NCBI GenBank assembly: GCA_964497205.1
Contig: CAZCEN010000003.1
Location: 1 to 38,554 of the forward strand
Source: an uncultured Sporomusaceae bacterium
GTDB taxonomy: Bacteria; Bacillota; Negativicutes; Sporomusales; Sporomusaceae
DNA length: 38,554 bases
Direction: 5' to 3'
The notes under the pieces were generated by a model that searched no databases, had not been told where the DNA came from, and saw only the letters and a program-made list of their open reading frames with translations. Positions 9,900-19,001 of this stretch are shown here, piece after piece. The position numbers were made by a program, and so were the translations under genes. Every line of letters begins with the position of its first letter. Position 1 is the first letter of the stretch.

Positions 9900-10223
9900 A
9901 TGTATACATGGGCAATATTGGTTCTAATATTGCTTATGGTTCTGGGATCGATTTGGTTGCGAGTCTATCATTTCCGTGCATCTTTAGATTCTACTGCACC
10001 GCAATTTGAACCCAAGCCATCTCCTGTTTCTACTGCTATACAAGATTTAGTAGCTACAGCCGGAGGGGTATATCTTTCCATGGTAATGATTGTTTCATTT
10101 TTAAAAATTGATCTGCCAGAAAGAATAACCCTTAGTATTCTCGCTTTCGATCCCTTGGCAATGACTGCTGTCGGCGTAGCGGTTATTCAACCGGTATTTA
10201 TCAAAATCTTTGGTGGTAAGTAG
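9900..10223 (+). CDS. Small hypothetical membrane protein (about 3 TM segments)
   Basis: Hydrophobic segments; G-rich SD; directly upstream of YmxH-like gene. Confidence 0.7.
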   Translation: MYTWAILVLILLMVLGSIWLRVYHFRASLDSTAPQFEPKPSPVSTAIQDLVATAGGVYLSMVMIVSFLKIDLPERITLSILAFDPLAMTAVGVAVIQPVFIKIFGGK

Positions 10224-10233
10224 GTGTGAAGGT

Positions 10234-10509
10234 ATGCGCATAAGTGAAATGGCTGGTAAAGAAGTTATAAATTTGGGAGATGGTGCTCGATTAGGTATTA
10301 TTGGTGAGTGTGAACTTACTTTCGACAGTCGGACGGGTGTTATCGGGGGGTTGTTATTGCCTCAGAAAAAGGCAATTTTTAACTTTCTGGGTGATGGTCA
10401 GATAACCATGATCCCTTGGCAAGCTATTAAGCGCATTGGCGATGAAGTGGTAATTGTCGATTTGAATAATGCTTATGATCGCATTTATTCAAGGCTTAGC
10501 CGAGAATAA
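10234..10509 (+). CDS. YlmC/YmxH family PRC-barrel sporulation protein
   Basis: MRISEMAGKEVINLGDGARLG...IPWQAIKRIGDEVVIV; start moved to ATG 10234. Confidence 0.9.
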   Translation: MRISEMAGKEVINLGDGARLGIIGECELTFDSRTGVIGGLLLPQKKAIFNFLGDGQITMIPWQAIKRIGDEVVIVDLNNAYDRIYSRLSRE

Positions 10510-10572
10510 AAAGTTTGCTGCTGGTCAAACCTAACATTAGGTTGCATATAAGACTAATGTTAGGAGGTTTTA

Positions 10573-11244
10573 TTGATGGTAATGACAAATAATGGTAATA
10601 TGAACAATCGGACTTCAAACCAAACAATGTCTCAAACTTCGGGACAGGCAGGAAACGGCTTGGTCGGTAGTTATACAAATGCGCAAACCCAGGCAGGAAG
10701 CAATGTAAACCAACAAGCCAATGCCAATGCTAATGCATCACAACAAGGCAATCAGCAAAACGTGAAAAGCGTAATAGGAGTATTTAACTCTAAGTCCAAT
10801 GCTGAACAAGCGGTTAGTGCCCTTAGAAATCAAGGATTTACAACAGAAGAAATTAATATTGTATCTAAGAATCATAATAAGAAAGATCGGCAGGATAACG
10901 AATTTTATGAAGATGACATTACTGATGGTGCTCTAACAGGAGGAACCCTCGGTGGTATCGGGGGACTACTTTTAGGGGCCGGTGCTTTGGCTATTCCAGG
11001 CGTGGGACCAGTAATTGCGGCAGGCCCAATCGCAGCTGCTTTGAGTGGAGCAGTGGCTGGGGGTATTGCTGGGGGCTTAATTGACTGGGGTATTCCGGCA
11101 GAGGCAGGCAGACGCTATGAACAAGAAGTAGCTCAGGGCGGAATACTAGCGGTTATTCGTTCTGATGCAAATAAAGCGAATCAAGCGGCTCAGGTTCTTA
11201 GACAAAACGGCGCTAAAGATGTTGAGATGCATGCAGTTAAATAG
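10573..11244 (+). CDS. General stress/YflT-like membrane protein with N/Q-rich N-terminus
   Basis: VIGVFNSKSNAEQAVSALRNQGF domain followed by Gly/Ala-rich zipper helices; SD AGGAGG. Confidence 0.75.
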   Translation: MMVMTNNGNMNNRTSNQTMSQTSGQAGNGLVGSYTNAQTQAGSNVNQQANANANASQQGNQQNVKSVIGVFNSKSNAEQAVSALRNQGFTTEEINIVSKNHNKKDRQDNEFYEDDITDGALTGGTLGGIGGLLLGAGALAIPGVGPVIAAGPIAAALSGAVAGGIAGGLIDWGIPAEAGRRYEQEVAQGGILAVIRSDANKANQAAQVLRQNGAKDVEMHAVK

Positions 11245-11283
11245 AACCTTTTAGTAAGATTTATTACAGTTTTTCAATATTTA

Positions 11284-11313
11284 TTGACAATGTTGGAACC
11301 TTTAGTATAAAAT
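11284..11313 (+). promoter_or_regulatory. SigA promoter of the lysine riboswitch/dap operon
   Basis: TTGACA 11284-11289 with TATAAAAT at 11306-11313. Confidence 0.7.
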
Positions 11314-11343
11314 GTGTATAAAATGAATAAGCAACATCCTGTA

Positions 11344-11520
11344 CAGGATGAAGTAGAGGTGCGGGAGTCAAGAGTACTTTCAGGGAGAGTGGCATCAATG
11401 AACTGAAAGGAAAGGGGTAACCGCCGAAGTAAGAACAGACTGCCGAGTCTTCTTACTGGTCTTACATCAAATAGGTTTAAGACTGTCACCATAACTTGGT
11501 GGAGCGCTATCTCATCTGGT
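11344..11520 (+). ncRNA. Lysine riboswitch (L-box) aptamer
   Basis: AGAGGTGCG start, AGTA, GAAAGG, GCCGAA, ACTGTCA, GGAGCGCTA core; P1 GATGA/TCATC; upstream of dapB-asd-dapG-dapA. Confidence 0.93.
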
Positions 11521-11567
11521 CGGGGGAAGTATAGATATATTTTCCTATGGTCAGAAAAGGCTGTATT

Positions 11568-11604
11568 AGCAGCCAGTGAGAAATGCGCTCACTGGCTGCT
11601 TTTT
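11568..11604 (+). terminator. Riboswitch expression-platform terminator
   Basis: AGCAGCCAGTGAG-AAATGCG-CTCACTGGCTGCT-TTTT; P1 3' strand CTCATCTGG can pair with CCAGTGAG as antiterminator. Confidence 0.88.
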
Positions 11605-11716
11605 ATTTATTCTACCAAGAGTTATATTCTTTTGGTATAGATCAAATTGGATGGAGCAGATTGCTCCCGCAGGACTTGGCTTAGTCAAGTTATCTTTAAC
11701 AGGAGGTGCATAGCGC

Positions 11717-12511
11717 TTGATTAGAGTGATGGTATGCGGTGCTTATGGTAAGATGGGACGGGAAGTATTACGGGCGGTTCATAAAGATCCACAGTTGAGT
11801 GTAGTCGGAGCCGTGGATATAAACTCGGATTTTGCTGATGTAGGAGACATTATTGGTGCCGGAAAAACAGGAGTAACTGTGGGCAATGACCTAATTACTG
11901 TTATTAATGAAACAAAACCACAGGTTATGGTTGATTTTACTAACCCGGAATCAGTAATGAATAATATAACACATGCTATTAAGAATGGAGTATGCCCAGT
12001 TGTTGGAACTACTGGTCTAACTGAAGCTAATATTAATGAAATTCGTGAATTATGTACATTTTCTAAGGTAAATGCAATTATTTCGCCTAATTTTTCAATC
12101 GGTGCGATTTTGATGATGAAATTAGCGCAGGAAGCGGCAAAATATTTACCACATGTTGAGATTATTGAAATGCATCATGACCAGAAGTTGGATGCTCCTT
12201 CGGGAACGGCGCTTAGAACGGCAGAGTTAATTGCTAATGTCCGTGGTGAGATGCGCCAAGGACATCCTGATGAGGTAGAAAAGTTAACTGGCGCCAGAGG
12301 AGGCAGTTTGGCCGGGATTAGGCTGCACAGTGTTAGACTACCAGGCTATGTTGCTCATCAGGAAGTGATTTTTGGCGGTTTAGGCCAAACGCTGACAATT
12401 CGTCATGATTCAATATCCCGGGAATCATTTATGCCAGGTGTTGTACTGGCTTGTAAAAAAGTACTGACTGTTGATGGACTGATTTGTGGTCTTGAGCATA
12501 TAATGGGCTAA
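11717..12511 (+). CDS. dapB: 4-hydroxy-tetrahydrodipicolinate reductase
   Basis: GAYGKMG, VVGTTG, EMHHDQKLDAPSGTA; TTG start. Confidence 0.97.
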   Translation: MIRVMVCGAYGKMGREVLRAVHKDPQLSVVGAVDINSDFADVGDIIGAGKTGVTVGNDLITVINETKPQVMVDFTNPESVMNNITHAIKNGVCPVVGTTGLTEANINEIRELCTFSKVNAIISPNFSIGAILMMKLAQEAAKYLPHVEIIEMHHDQKLDAPSGTALRTAELIANVRGEMRQGHPDEVEKLTGARGGSLAGIRLHSVRLPGYVAHQEVIFGGLGQTLTIRHDSISRESFMPGVVLACKKVLTVDGLICGLEHIMG

Positions 12512-12563
12512 AGTTTGGCGAAGTAGCACAAGATAATGTTAAAATTATGGGGGAGTGGTTTGC

Positions 12564-13595
12564 ATGAAAAAGTATAATGTAGCAATCTTAGGAGCAACTG
12601 GAGCTGTTGGCCAAGAGTTTTTGAAACTAATTGAGGAACGCAATTTTCCGTTTAATGAATTGAAGCTGTTGGCTTCTGAACGCTCTGCCGGCAAAACTAT
12701 TGAATTTATGGATAAAAATTACATAGTTGAGGAGGCAACACCAGATTCTTTCAAAGATGTACAAATTGCTTTATTTGCCGGCGGTTCAATAAGTAAAACG
12801 TTAGCACCTGAGGCTGCAAAACGGGGTGCCGTTGTTATCGATAACTCCAGCGCATTCCGTATGGACCCTGATGTACCATTAATAGTACCAGAAGTTAATC
12901 CGGAAGCTATAAAAAATCATAAAGGAATTATCGCTAATCCAAACTGTTCCACTATTATTATGGTTATGGCTTTGAAGCCTATCTACGATGCTGCTAAAAT
13001 TAAAAGAATTGTTGTGTCGACATATCAGGCAGTGTCCGGTGCAGGTAAAGAGGCGATAGACGAGCTGACAGATCAAGTAAAAGCACTTGTAGAAGGGCGT
13101 TCTGTTGAAGCTAATATTCTGCCAAGTGCTAGTTTACCAAAACATTATCAGATAGCATTTAACCTGTTACCCCAAATTGATGTTTTTGTGGAAGACGATT
13201 ATACAAAAGAAGAAATGAAGATGGTACATGAGACTCACAAAATTTTAAATGACTATTCTATAGGAATAACCGCTACGACGGTAAGAGTACCAGTATATCG
13301 CAGTCATTCTGAATCAATCAACATAGAGTTAGCTGATGCATTATCTCCTGAAGAAGCAAAACAACTACTAGCTAAGTTCCCTGGTGTAATTGTACAAGAT
13401 AACCCGTCTGAAATGCTGTACCCAATGCCTTTATATACTTCTGATAAGAATGAAGTATTTGTTGGCCGCATCCGCGTGGATAAGACTGTGCCTCATGGTC
13501 TGAATATGTGGGTAGTGGGTGATCAAATTCGCAAAGGTGCAGCGCTTAATGCTGTGCAAATTGCTGAATATATGATCGAGCATAATTTAATTTGA
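12564..13595 (+). CDS. asd: Aspartate-semialdehyde dehydrogenase
   Basis: GATGAVG, IDNSSAFRM, ANPNCST, RKGAALNAVQIAE; start moved to ATG 12564. Confidence 0.97.
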   Translation: MKKYNVAILGATGAVGQEFLKLIEERNFPFNELKLLASERSAGKTIEFMDKNYIVEEATPDSFKDVQIALFAGGSISKTLAPEAAKRGAVVIDNSSAFRMDPDVPLIVPEVNPEAIKNHKGIIANPNCSTIIMVMALKPIYDAAKIKRIVVSTYQAVSGAGKEAIDELTDQVKALVEGRSVEANILPSASLPKHYQIAFNLLPQIDVFVEDDYTKEEMKMVHETHKILNDYSIGITATTVRVPVYRSHSESINIELADALSPEEAKQLLAKFPGVIVQDNPSEMLYPMPLYTSDKNEVFVGRIRVDKTVPHGLNMWVVGDQIRKGAALNAVQIAEYMIEHNLI

Positions 13596-13605
13596 GGTGT
13601 AGAAA

Positions 13606-14826
13606 ATGCGTATAATTGTCCAGAAATTCGGGGGAACATCGGTAGCTTCACCCGAAGTGCGGGAACTTGTGCTACGCAAGATTGAAAAAGCGCGTTCGCA
13701 AGGATATAGTCCAGTAGTTGTGGTATCAGCAATGGGACGGCAAGGTGCTCCTTACGCTACTGATACGTTGATTGGTGTTGCTAAGACCGCCAATAAAAAT
13801 ATCGCCGCACGCGAACTTGACCAAATTATGTATTGCGGTGAAATGATTTCGGCAGTTGTTATGGCTGGTACACTGCAGGCTGCGGGAATGGATGCGGTAA
13901 TGCTAACAGGGGGACACGCCGGGATTATTACCGATACTAATTTTACTGATGCTCGGATTTTGAAAGTTGATCCTACCCGGATAAATAGCCTCTTAAAACA
14001 AGGAAAAGTACCTGTTGTGTGCGGGTTCCAGGGGATGACACCTGAATATGAATTTACTACCTTAGGACGTGGCGGTAGTGACACTACAGCATCTGCTCTG
14101 GGAGCTGCTCTTAATGCTGAATTAGTGGAAATATATACAGATGTTGATGGAATAATGACGGCCGACCCGCGAATAGTCGATAACCCTAAAATTCTTGAAT
14201 GTATTAGTTATGGGGAAGTTTGCCAACTCGCTCATCAAGGAGCGAAGGTTATTCATCCCCGCGCTGTCGAGATTGCAATGCAAAAGAATATTCCACTAGT
14301 AGTTAAATCGACGTTTACCGATGCAGCTGGTACCCTTATTACTCATATTGCTAAAGAGGACCCAGCCGGGGCTGAAGTAATTGACCGGGTAGCAACAGGT
14401 GTAACCTATTTGACTAATATTGTTCAGATAAAAGTACATCTTGATGATTCCATGGGCGGGGACGCTAGCTTTAAAGTCTTTAAAACAATGGCTGATAATG
14501 GCATTAGCGTAGATTTGATCAATGTTCATCCTGGACAAATTATGTTTACTATTAATGCGGAGCATGCTGAGCAAGCATCAACGAAACTCAGGCAGCAAGG
14601 ATATGAAATTGCAGTTCTGGAGAATTGTGCCAAAGTATCTGTAGTTGGCGGCGGGATGCGTGAAGTTCCTGGAGTTATGGCAAGTTTTATTGAAGCATTA
14701 TCATCGAATAGAATTGCTATCTTGCAGACCGTCGACTCGCATACTTCAATTTCCGTACTAGTTCCAAGAAGCGATGTTGGGGCGGCAGTTCAAGCTCTTC
14801 ATGAAAAGTTCGGTTTATCAAATTAA
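13606..14826 (+). CDS. dapG: Aspartokinase I
   Basis: VQKFGGTSV, TTLGRGGSDTTA, ACT domains; between asd and dapA. Confidence 0.93.
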   Translation: MRIIVQKFGGTSVASPEVRELVLRKIEKARSQGYSPVVVVSAMGRQGAPYATDTLIGVAKTANKNIAARELDQIMYCGEMISAVVMAGTLQAAGMDAVMLTGGHAGIITDTNFTDARILKVDPTRINSLLKQGKVPVVCGFQGMTPEYEFTTLGRGGSDTTASALGAALNAELVEIYTDVDGIMTADPRIVDNPKILECISYGEVCQLAHQGAKVIHPRAVEIAMQKNIPLVVKSTFTDAAGTLITHIAKEDPAGAEVIDRVATGVTYLTNIVQIKVHLDDSMGGDASFKVFKTMADNGISVDLINVHPGQIMFTINAEHAEQASTKLRQQGYEIAVLENCAKVSVVGGGMREVPGVMASFIEALSSNRIAILQTVDSHTSISVLVPRSDVGAAVQALHEKFGLSN

Positions 14827-14839
14827 AGGGGAGAGTTTT

Positions 14840-15721
14840 ATGACTAATTTCGGGCGAATCCTAACAGCAATGGTAACTCCGTTTAATACTGATTACAGTG
14901 TGAATTTTACAGAAGCTGCTAATTTAGCTAAATATTTAGTCGATAATGGTTCTGATGGATTGGTTGTTGCCGGGAGTACTGGTGAAGCCGCAACTATGAG
15001 TAAGGAAGAGAAGCTAAAATTATATGCAACAGTTATGGAAGCGGTCGGTGACAAAGCTACTATTATTGCCGGAACAGGCTCAAATGACACCAAAGCTTCT
15101 ATTGAATTAACAAAAGAGGCTGAAAAAATTGGTGTACATGGCGCTATGCTTGTAGGTCCTTATTACAATAAGCCGCCGCAGGAGGGATTTTATCAGCATT
15201 TTAAAGCGATTGCCGAGTCCACTAATTTGCCACTGATTATCTATAATGTTCCTGGACGCACTGGTTCTAATATTTTGCCTGCTACAGTTGCGCGTCTTGC
15301 CGAGATTAAAAATATTGTAGCTGTTAAAGAAGCAAGTGGCAGTTTAGATCAAATGTCCGAGATTATGCGTATAACTCCTAATGATTTTTTATTATACAGC
15401 GGTGATGATGGTCTGACGCTGCCCGCAATGGCTGTTGGTGGTCACGGAGTAATCAGTGTAGCTTCGCATATTGTAGGAAAACGTATGCAAGAAATGATTG
15501 CGGCTTTTCTTGCTGGTGATATGACAAAAGCACAAGCCATTCATCTAGAGCTTATACCTTTCTTCAAAGTTATATTTGTTACAACAAATCCGATACCTAT
15601 CAAAGCGGCTGTAAACTTAATTGGTCTAAATGCGGGACCATTAAGATTACCGCTCGTTCCGCCTACTGATGCTGAAGTAGAGCAGATAAAAAGTGTAATG
15701 CAAACAGTAGGGGCTCTATAA
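14840..15721 (+). CDS. dapA: 4-hydroxy-tetrahydrodipicolinate synthase
   Basis: GSTGE, YNVPGRT, VKEASG, SGDD; start moved to ATG 14840. Confidence 0.97.
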   Translation: MTNFGRILTAMVTPFNTDYSVNFTEAANLAKYLVDNGSDGLVVAGSTGEAATMSKEEKLKLYATVMEAVGDKATIIAGTGSNDTKASIELTKEAEKIGVHGAMLVGPYYNKPPQEGFYQHFKAIAESTNLPLIIYNVPGRTGSNILPATVARLAEIKNIVAVKEASGSLDQMSEIMRITPNDFLLYSGDDGLTLPAMAVGGHGVISVASHIVGKRMQEMIAAFLAGDMTKAQAIHLELIPFFKVIFVTTNPIPIKAAVNLIGLNAGPLRLPLVPPTDAEVEQIKSVMQTVGAL

Positions 15722-15740
15722 ATGTAAATAAAAGCAAGTT

Positions 15741-15767
15741 AAACCGGTAGCGGAGCTACCGGTTTTT
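15741..15767 (+). terminator. Intrinsic terminator after dapA
   Basis: AAACCGGTAGC-GGA-GCTACCGGTTTTT. Confidence 0.85.
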
Positions 15768-15820
15768 GCATGTATAGCCAGTAATTGCATATAATATTGC
15801 CGAACGAGATTTGCCACTTG

Positions 15821-15849
15821 TTGTCACAGGAAGTTAAATGGGTTATAAT
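15821..15849 (+). promoter_or_regulatory. SigA promoter for rnj
   Basis: TTGTCA, 17 nt, TATAAT. Confidence 0.75.
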
Positions 15850-15960
15850 TATTCACAAGTGGACTGGACGGCCGGTTTTTTTTGTTTGATGCTTAAACGA
15901 ACGGGCGGTTTACAACTTATTAGAACGAATTAATTTAGATCAGCGGAGGTGTATGTTTTT

Positions 15961-17625
15961 TTGGCAAGACAACCAAACAAGGTCCAATTAATTCCCTTGG
16001 GCGGCATGGGGGAAATTGGCAAGAACATGACGGTTGTTCGGTACGGTGATGAAATAATAATTATTGATTCAGGTTTAATGTTCCCGGAAGATGACATGCT
16101 GGGGATTGACCTGGTTATACCGGATATTACCTATTTACTGGACAACCGCGATTTAGTAAAGGCTATTGTATTGACACATGGTCACGAAGACCATATCGGT
16201 GCTTTGCCTTATGTATTAAAACAGCTTAATGTGCCGGTATATGGTACTCGTTTGACGCTCGGAATTTTAGAGGGACGTTTGAAAGAAAGTAATGTTCCGG
16301 CAAATCATTTAATTCCGGTAAAACCAGGCGATAAAATACGGATTGGCAATTTCGAGGTTGGCTTTATTAGGGTAAGTCATAGCATTGCGGATGCGGTGGC
16401 GTTATCTATAAAGACCCCTGTTGGTGTAATTGTTCATACTGGTGATTTTAAGCTGGATCAAACTCCCGTTGACGGAAAAGTAACTGATTTCCATAGATTT
16501 GCCGAATTAGGTGATCAAGGTGTCTTGGTTTTACTTGCTGATAGTACTAATGCCGAGCGGCCTGGCTATACTCAGAGCGAAAAATCAGTAGGGGTAACCT
16601 TCGATGAGACTTTTCGCAATGCGCGAGAACGGATTATTATAGCCTCATTTTCTTCTAATATCCATCGTATTCAACAGGCTATTGATACCGCATGCAAGTA
16701 CCGACGTAAGGTTGCAATTCTTGGTCGCAGTATGGTTAATGTAGTTACTATTGCGTTAGAACTTGGCTACTTAAATGTGCCGGATGGAGTTATCATTGAT
16801 ATCGATGAAATTAATAATTATCCGGCATCTGGTGTAGTTATTTTAACAACCGGTAGTCAAGGGGAACCTATGTCGGCTCTAACCAGAATGGCAATGTCTG
16901 ATCACAAAAAGGTTGAAATAATTCCGGGTGACACTGTAATTATTTCGGCTACACCTATACCGGGTAATGAAAAACTGGTTTCCCGTACCATTGATTATCT
17001 TTTCAAGCAAGGTGCCGAGGTCGTATACGAATCGACTTCGGGTATTCATGTGTCGGGGCACGCAAGCCAGGAAGAACTTAAGTTAATACATAACCTTATA
17101 CGACCCAAATTTTTTATTCCAGTACATGGAGAATATCGACATTTGATAAAACATTCAAAATTAGCACAATCGCTTGGAATGCCTAAAGAAAATATTTTTG
17201 TTGCTGAAAACGGCCAAGTTTTGGAATTCACTGCAGAAAAGGGTTGTATAGCAGGAAAGGTTACTTCAGGCAATGTGCTTGTTGATGGATTGGGAGTAGG
17301 AGATGTAGGTAACATTGTTCTTCGCGATCGTCGACAACTGTCTCAGGATGGTATACTAATAGTTGTTGTTACTATGGACAAACAGTGCGGTCAAGTGGCT
17401 GCAGGACCAGATATTGTGTCGCGGGGATTTGTTTATGTTCGTGAATCTGAGCAACTAATGGAAGATGCTAAAGAACGGGTAAAACAGGCTTTGGAAAAGT
17501 GTGAGCTTAATGGTGTTACCGAATGGGCTGCCATTAAATCCAATGTTCGTGATACGTTAGGTAAATATTTATATGAACGTACCCGCCGCCGTCCAATGAT
17601 TTTGCCGATAATTATGGAAGTGTAA
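15961..17625 (+). CDS. rnj: Ribonuclease J
   Basis: PLGGMGEIGKN, THGHEDHIG, TGSQGEP, HVSGHA, PVHGE; TTG start 9 nt after SD GGAGGTG. Confidence 0.97.
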   Translation: MARQPNKVQLIPLGGMGEIGKNMTVVRYGDEIIIIDSGLMFPEDDMLGIDLVIPDITYLLDNRDLVKAIVLTHGHEDHIGALPYVLKQLNVPVYGTRLTLGILEGRLKESNVPANHLIPVKPGDKIRIGNFEVGFIRVSHSIADAVALSIKTPVGVIVHTGDFKLDQTPVDGKVTDFHRFAELGDQGVLVLLADSTNAERPGYTQSEKSVGVTFDETFRNARERIIIASFSSNIHRIQQAIDTACKYRRKVAILGRSMVNVVTIALELGYLNVPDGVIIDIDEINNYPASGVVILTTGSQGEPMSALTRMAMSDHKKVEIIPGDTVIISATPIPGNEKLVSRTIDYLFKQGAEVVYESTSGIHVSGHASQEELKLIHNLIRPKFFIPVHGEYRHLIKHSKLAQSLGMPKENIFVAENGQVLEFTAEKGCIAGKVTSGNVLVDGLGVGDVGNIVLRDRRQLSQDGILIVVVTMDKQCGQVAAGPDIVSRGFVYVRESEQLMEDAKERVKQALEKCELNGVTEWAAIKSNVRDTLGKYLYERTRRRPMILPIIMEV

Positions 17626-17630
17626 ACAAG

Positions 17631-17678
17631 AGCCTTGATCATATTTCGCTATTTGGCGAAGTATATCAAGGCTTTTTA
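17631..17678 (+). terminator. Intrinsic terminator after rnj
   Basis: AGCCTTGAT...ATCAAGGCT followed by T tract. Confidence 0.8.
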
Positions 17679-17768
17679 TATTGGTTTACCCCGTATGAAA
17701 TTCGCATTAGAGCTTAATACTATATGTGATAAAGAAATTGACTAGCTAATCAGTAGGGGGATACTCAA

Positions 17769-18560
17769 ATGATAGTTAATGATAATCCGGTAGTTGCACC
17801 TCCAGGGGTTAATCCTGAAGAACCGCACGTAACTCCGCCTCCAAGTGAAACTCCCAAACGAAGCAGGCAAGCTAAAAAATCAGGACCTGCCGAAAACATT
17901 CAGGAATTAGGAGCTACCGAAATACCAACTGCTAAAACTAATATTCATGTAATGACTATAATTGGGCAGATTGAAGGTCATATGGTACTTCCACCGCAAA
18001 ATAAAACAACAAAATACGAACACGTAATGCCTCAATTGGTAGCGATAGAGCAATCAAACGAGATTGATGGATTGCTTCTTATCCTTAATACTGTAGGTGG
18101 AGATGTAGAAGCTGGACTTGCTATTGCTGAAATGATTTCAAGTATGTCTAAACCCACTGTTTCTATCGTCGTCGGCGGCGGGCATAGCATTGGTGCGCCG
18201 ATCGCAGTATCAGCTACCCGTTCATTTATAGTCGAAAGTGCAACCATGACCATTCATCCAATCAGACTTACCGGTTTGGTAATTGGTGCACCAAGTTCGT
18301 TTGATTACCTTGAAAAGATGCAGGAACGAGTCAATCGATTTGTTGTTAGCCATTCTAATATCAGTGAGAAAAAGTGGAAAGAACTGTTATTTAAAACTGG
18401 TGAGCTGTCACGGGATATCGGTACATCTGTCGGTGGCAATGATGCTGTGAGATATGGTCTCATTGATGAAATAGGCGGTGTATCTCAAGCCCTAAGCAGA
18501 TTGGAGGAGCTTATAACCGCATACAAAGAACATAAAGATGGCAAGGGGCTGAAGCAGTAA
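17769..18560 (+). CDS. tepA: ClpP-like translocation-enhancing protein TepA
   Basis: [35 protein letters not shown]; tepA-ylzJ-spoIIIE synteny. Confidence 0.9.
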   Translation: MIVNDNPVVAPPGVNPEEPHVTPPPSETPKRSRQAKKSGPAENIQELGATEIPTAKTNIHVMTIIGQIEGHMVLPPQNKTTKYEHVMPQLVAIEQSNEIDGLLLILNTVGGDVEAGLAIAEMISSMSKPTVSIVVGGGHSIGAPIAVSATRSFIVESATMTIHPIRLTGLVIGAPSSFDYLEKMQERVNRFVVSHSNISEKKWKELLFKTGELSRDIGTSVGGNDAVRYGLIDEIGGVSQALSRLEELITAYKEHKDGKGLKQ

Positions 18561-18793
18561 TGACTCTCTGGACAATTGTTCCGGAAGAACTGATTTTTGC
18601 TGATCCGGACAGTCAAGTTTCTGCCTATGAAGAAATCGACTACTATGGTCAAAAAGTAATGGCGGAAAGATTGTCATCTACTCAACTCAGGGTAGTTCGT
18701 TTGCTCTCCACCAATCCCGCCGACTATTTATCAGGCGATTTGCAGCCTGGTACCGTTATCGCTTATAAACCAGTGATCGAAACGCTCTCATAA
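18560..18793 (+). CDS. ylzJ: YlzJ-like protein
   Basis: [13 protein letters not shown]...VVRLLSTNPADYL...LQPG; TAATG overlap with tepA. Confidence 0.85.
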   Translation: MTLWTIVPEELIFADPDSQVSAYEEIDYYGQKVMAERLSSTQLRVVRLLSTNPADYLSGDLQPGTVIAYKPVIETLS

Positions 18794-18808
18794 CGAGAGC
18801 GTTTTTTT
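18780..18808 (+). terminator. Intrinsic terminator spanning the ylzJ stop
   Basis: AAACGCTCTC-ATAAC-GAGAGCGTTT followed by more T. Confidence 0.8.
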
Positions 18809-18810
18809 GA

Positions 18811-18852
18811 TATCCTGATAGAAAGTCTGACTTTCGCCTGGATAAGGGCAAC
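18811..18852 (+). repeat. Degenerate family A element fragment
   Basis: TATCCTG...CCTGGATAAGGGCAAC; last 16 nt match 37935-37950 at 15/16. Confidence 0.6.
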
Positions 18853-18875
18853 ATCGACTTCCACTTTCGCCAAAG

Positions 18876-18902
18876 GCTCGGTGCAAGCCGTGTTTTCTTT
18901 AT
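18876..18902 (+). repeat. Short GNRA-hairpin repeat (family B), copy 2
   Basis: GCTCGGTGCAAGCCGTGTTTTCTTTAT. Confidence 0.8.
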
Positions 18903-19001
18903 AAAAAAAGCTGGTTTTATAATCGCCTAACCAAGTTTTTCTTCTAAAATAAAGGAGTTTTTGTCGTTGTGTAGAACAAAAACTTTTAGAGGTGGTATGT
19001 T

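Noticed and set aside
11274-11492. 72-aa minus-strand ORF upstream of dapB
   Set aside because: It is the antisense of the lysine riboswitch and its promoter
15898-15911. Second LexA box upstream of rnj (CGAACGGGCGGTTT)
   Set aside because: The right half-site does not fit GTTYG at the correct spacing; better explained as part of the leader stem
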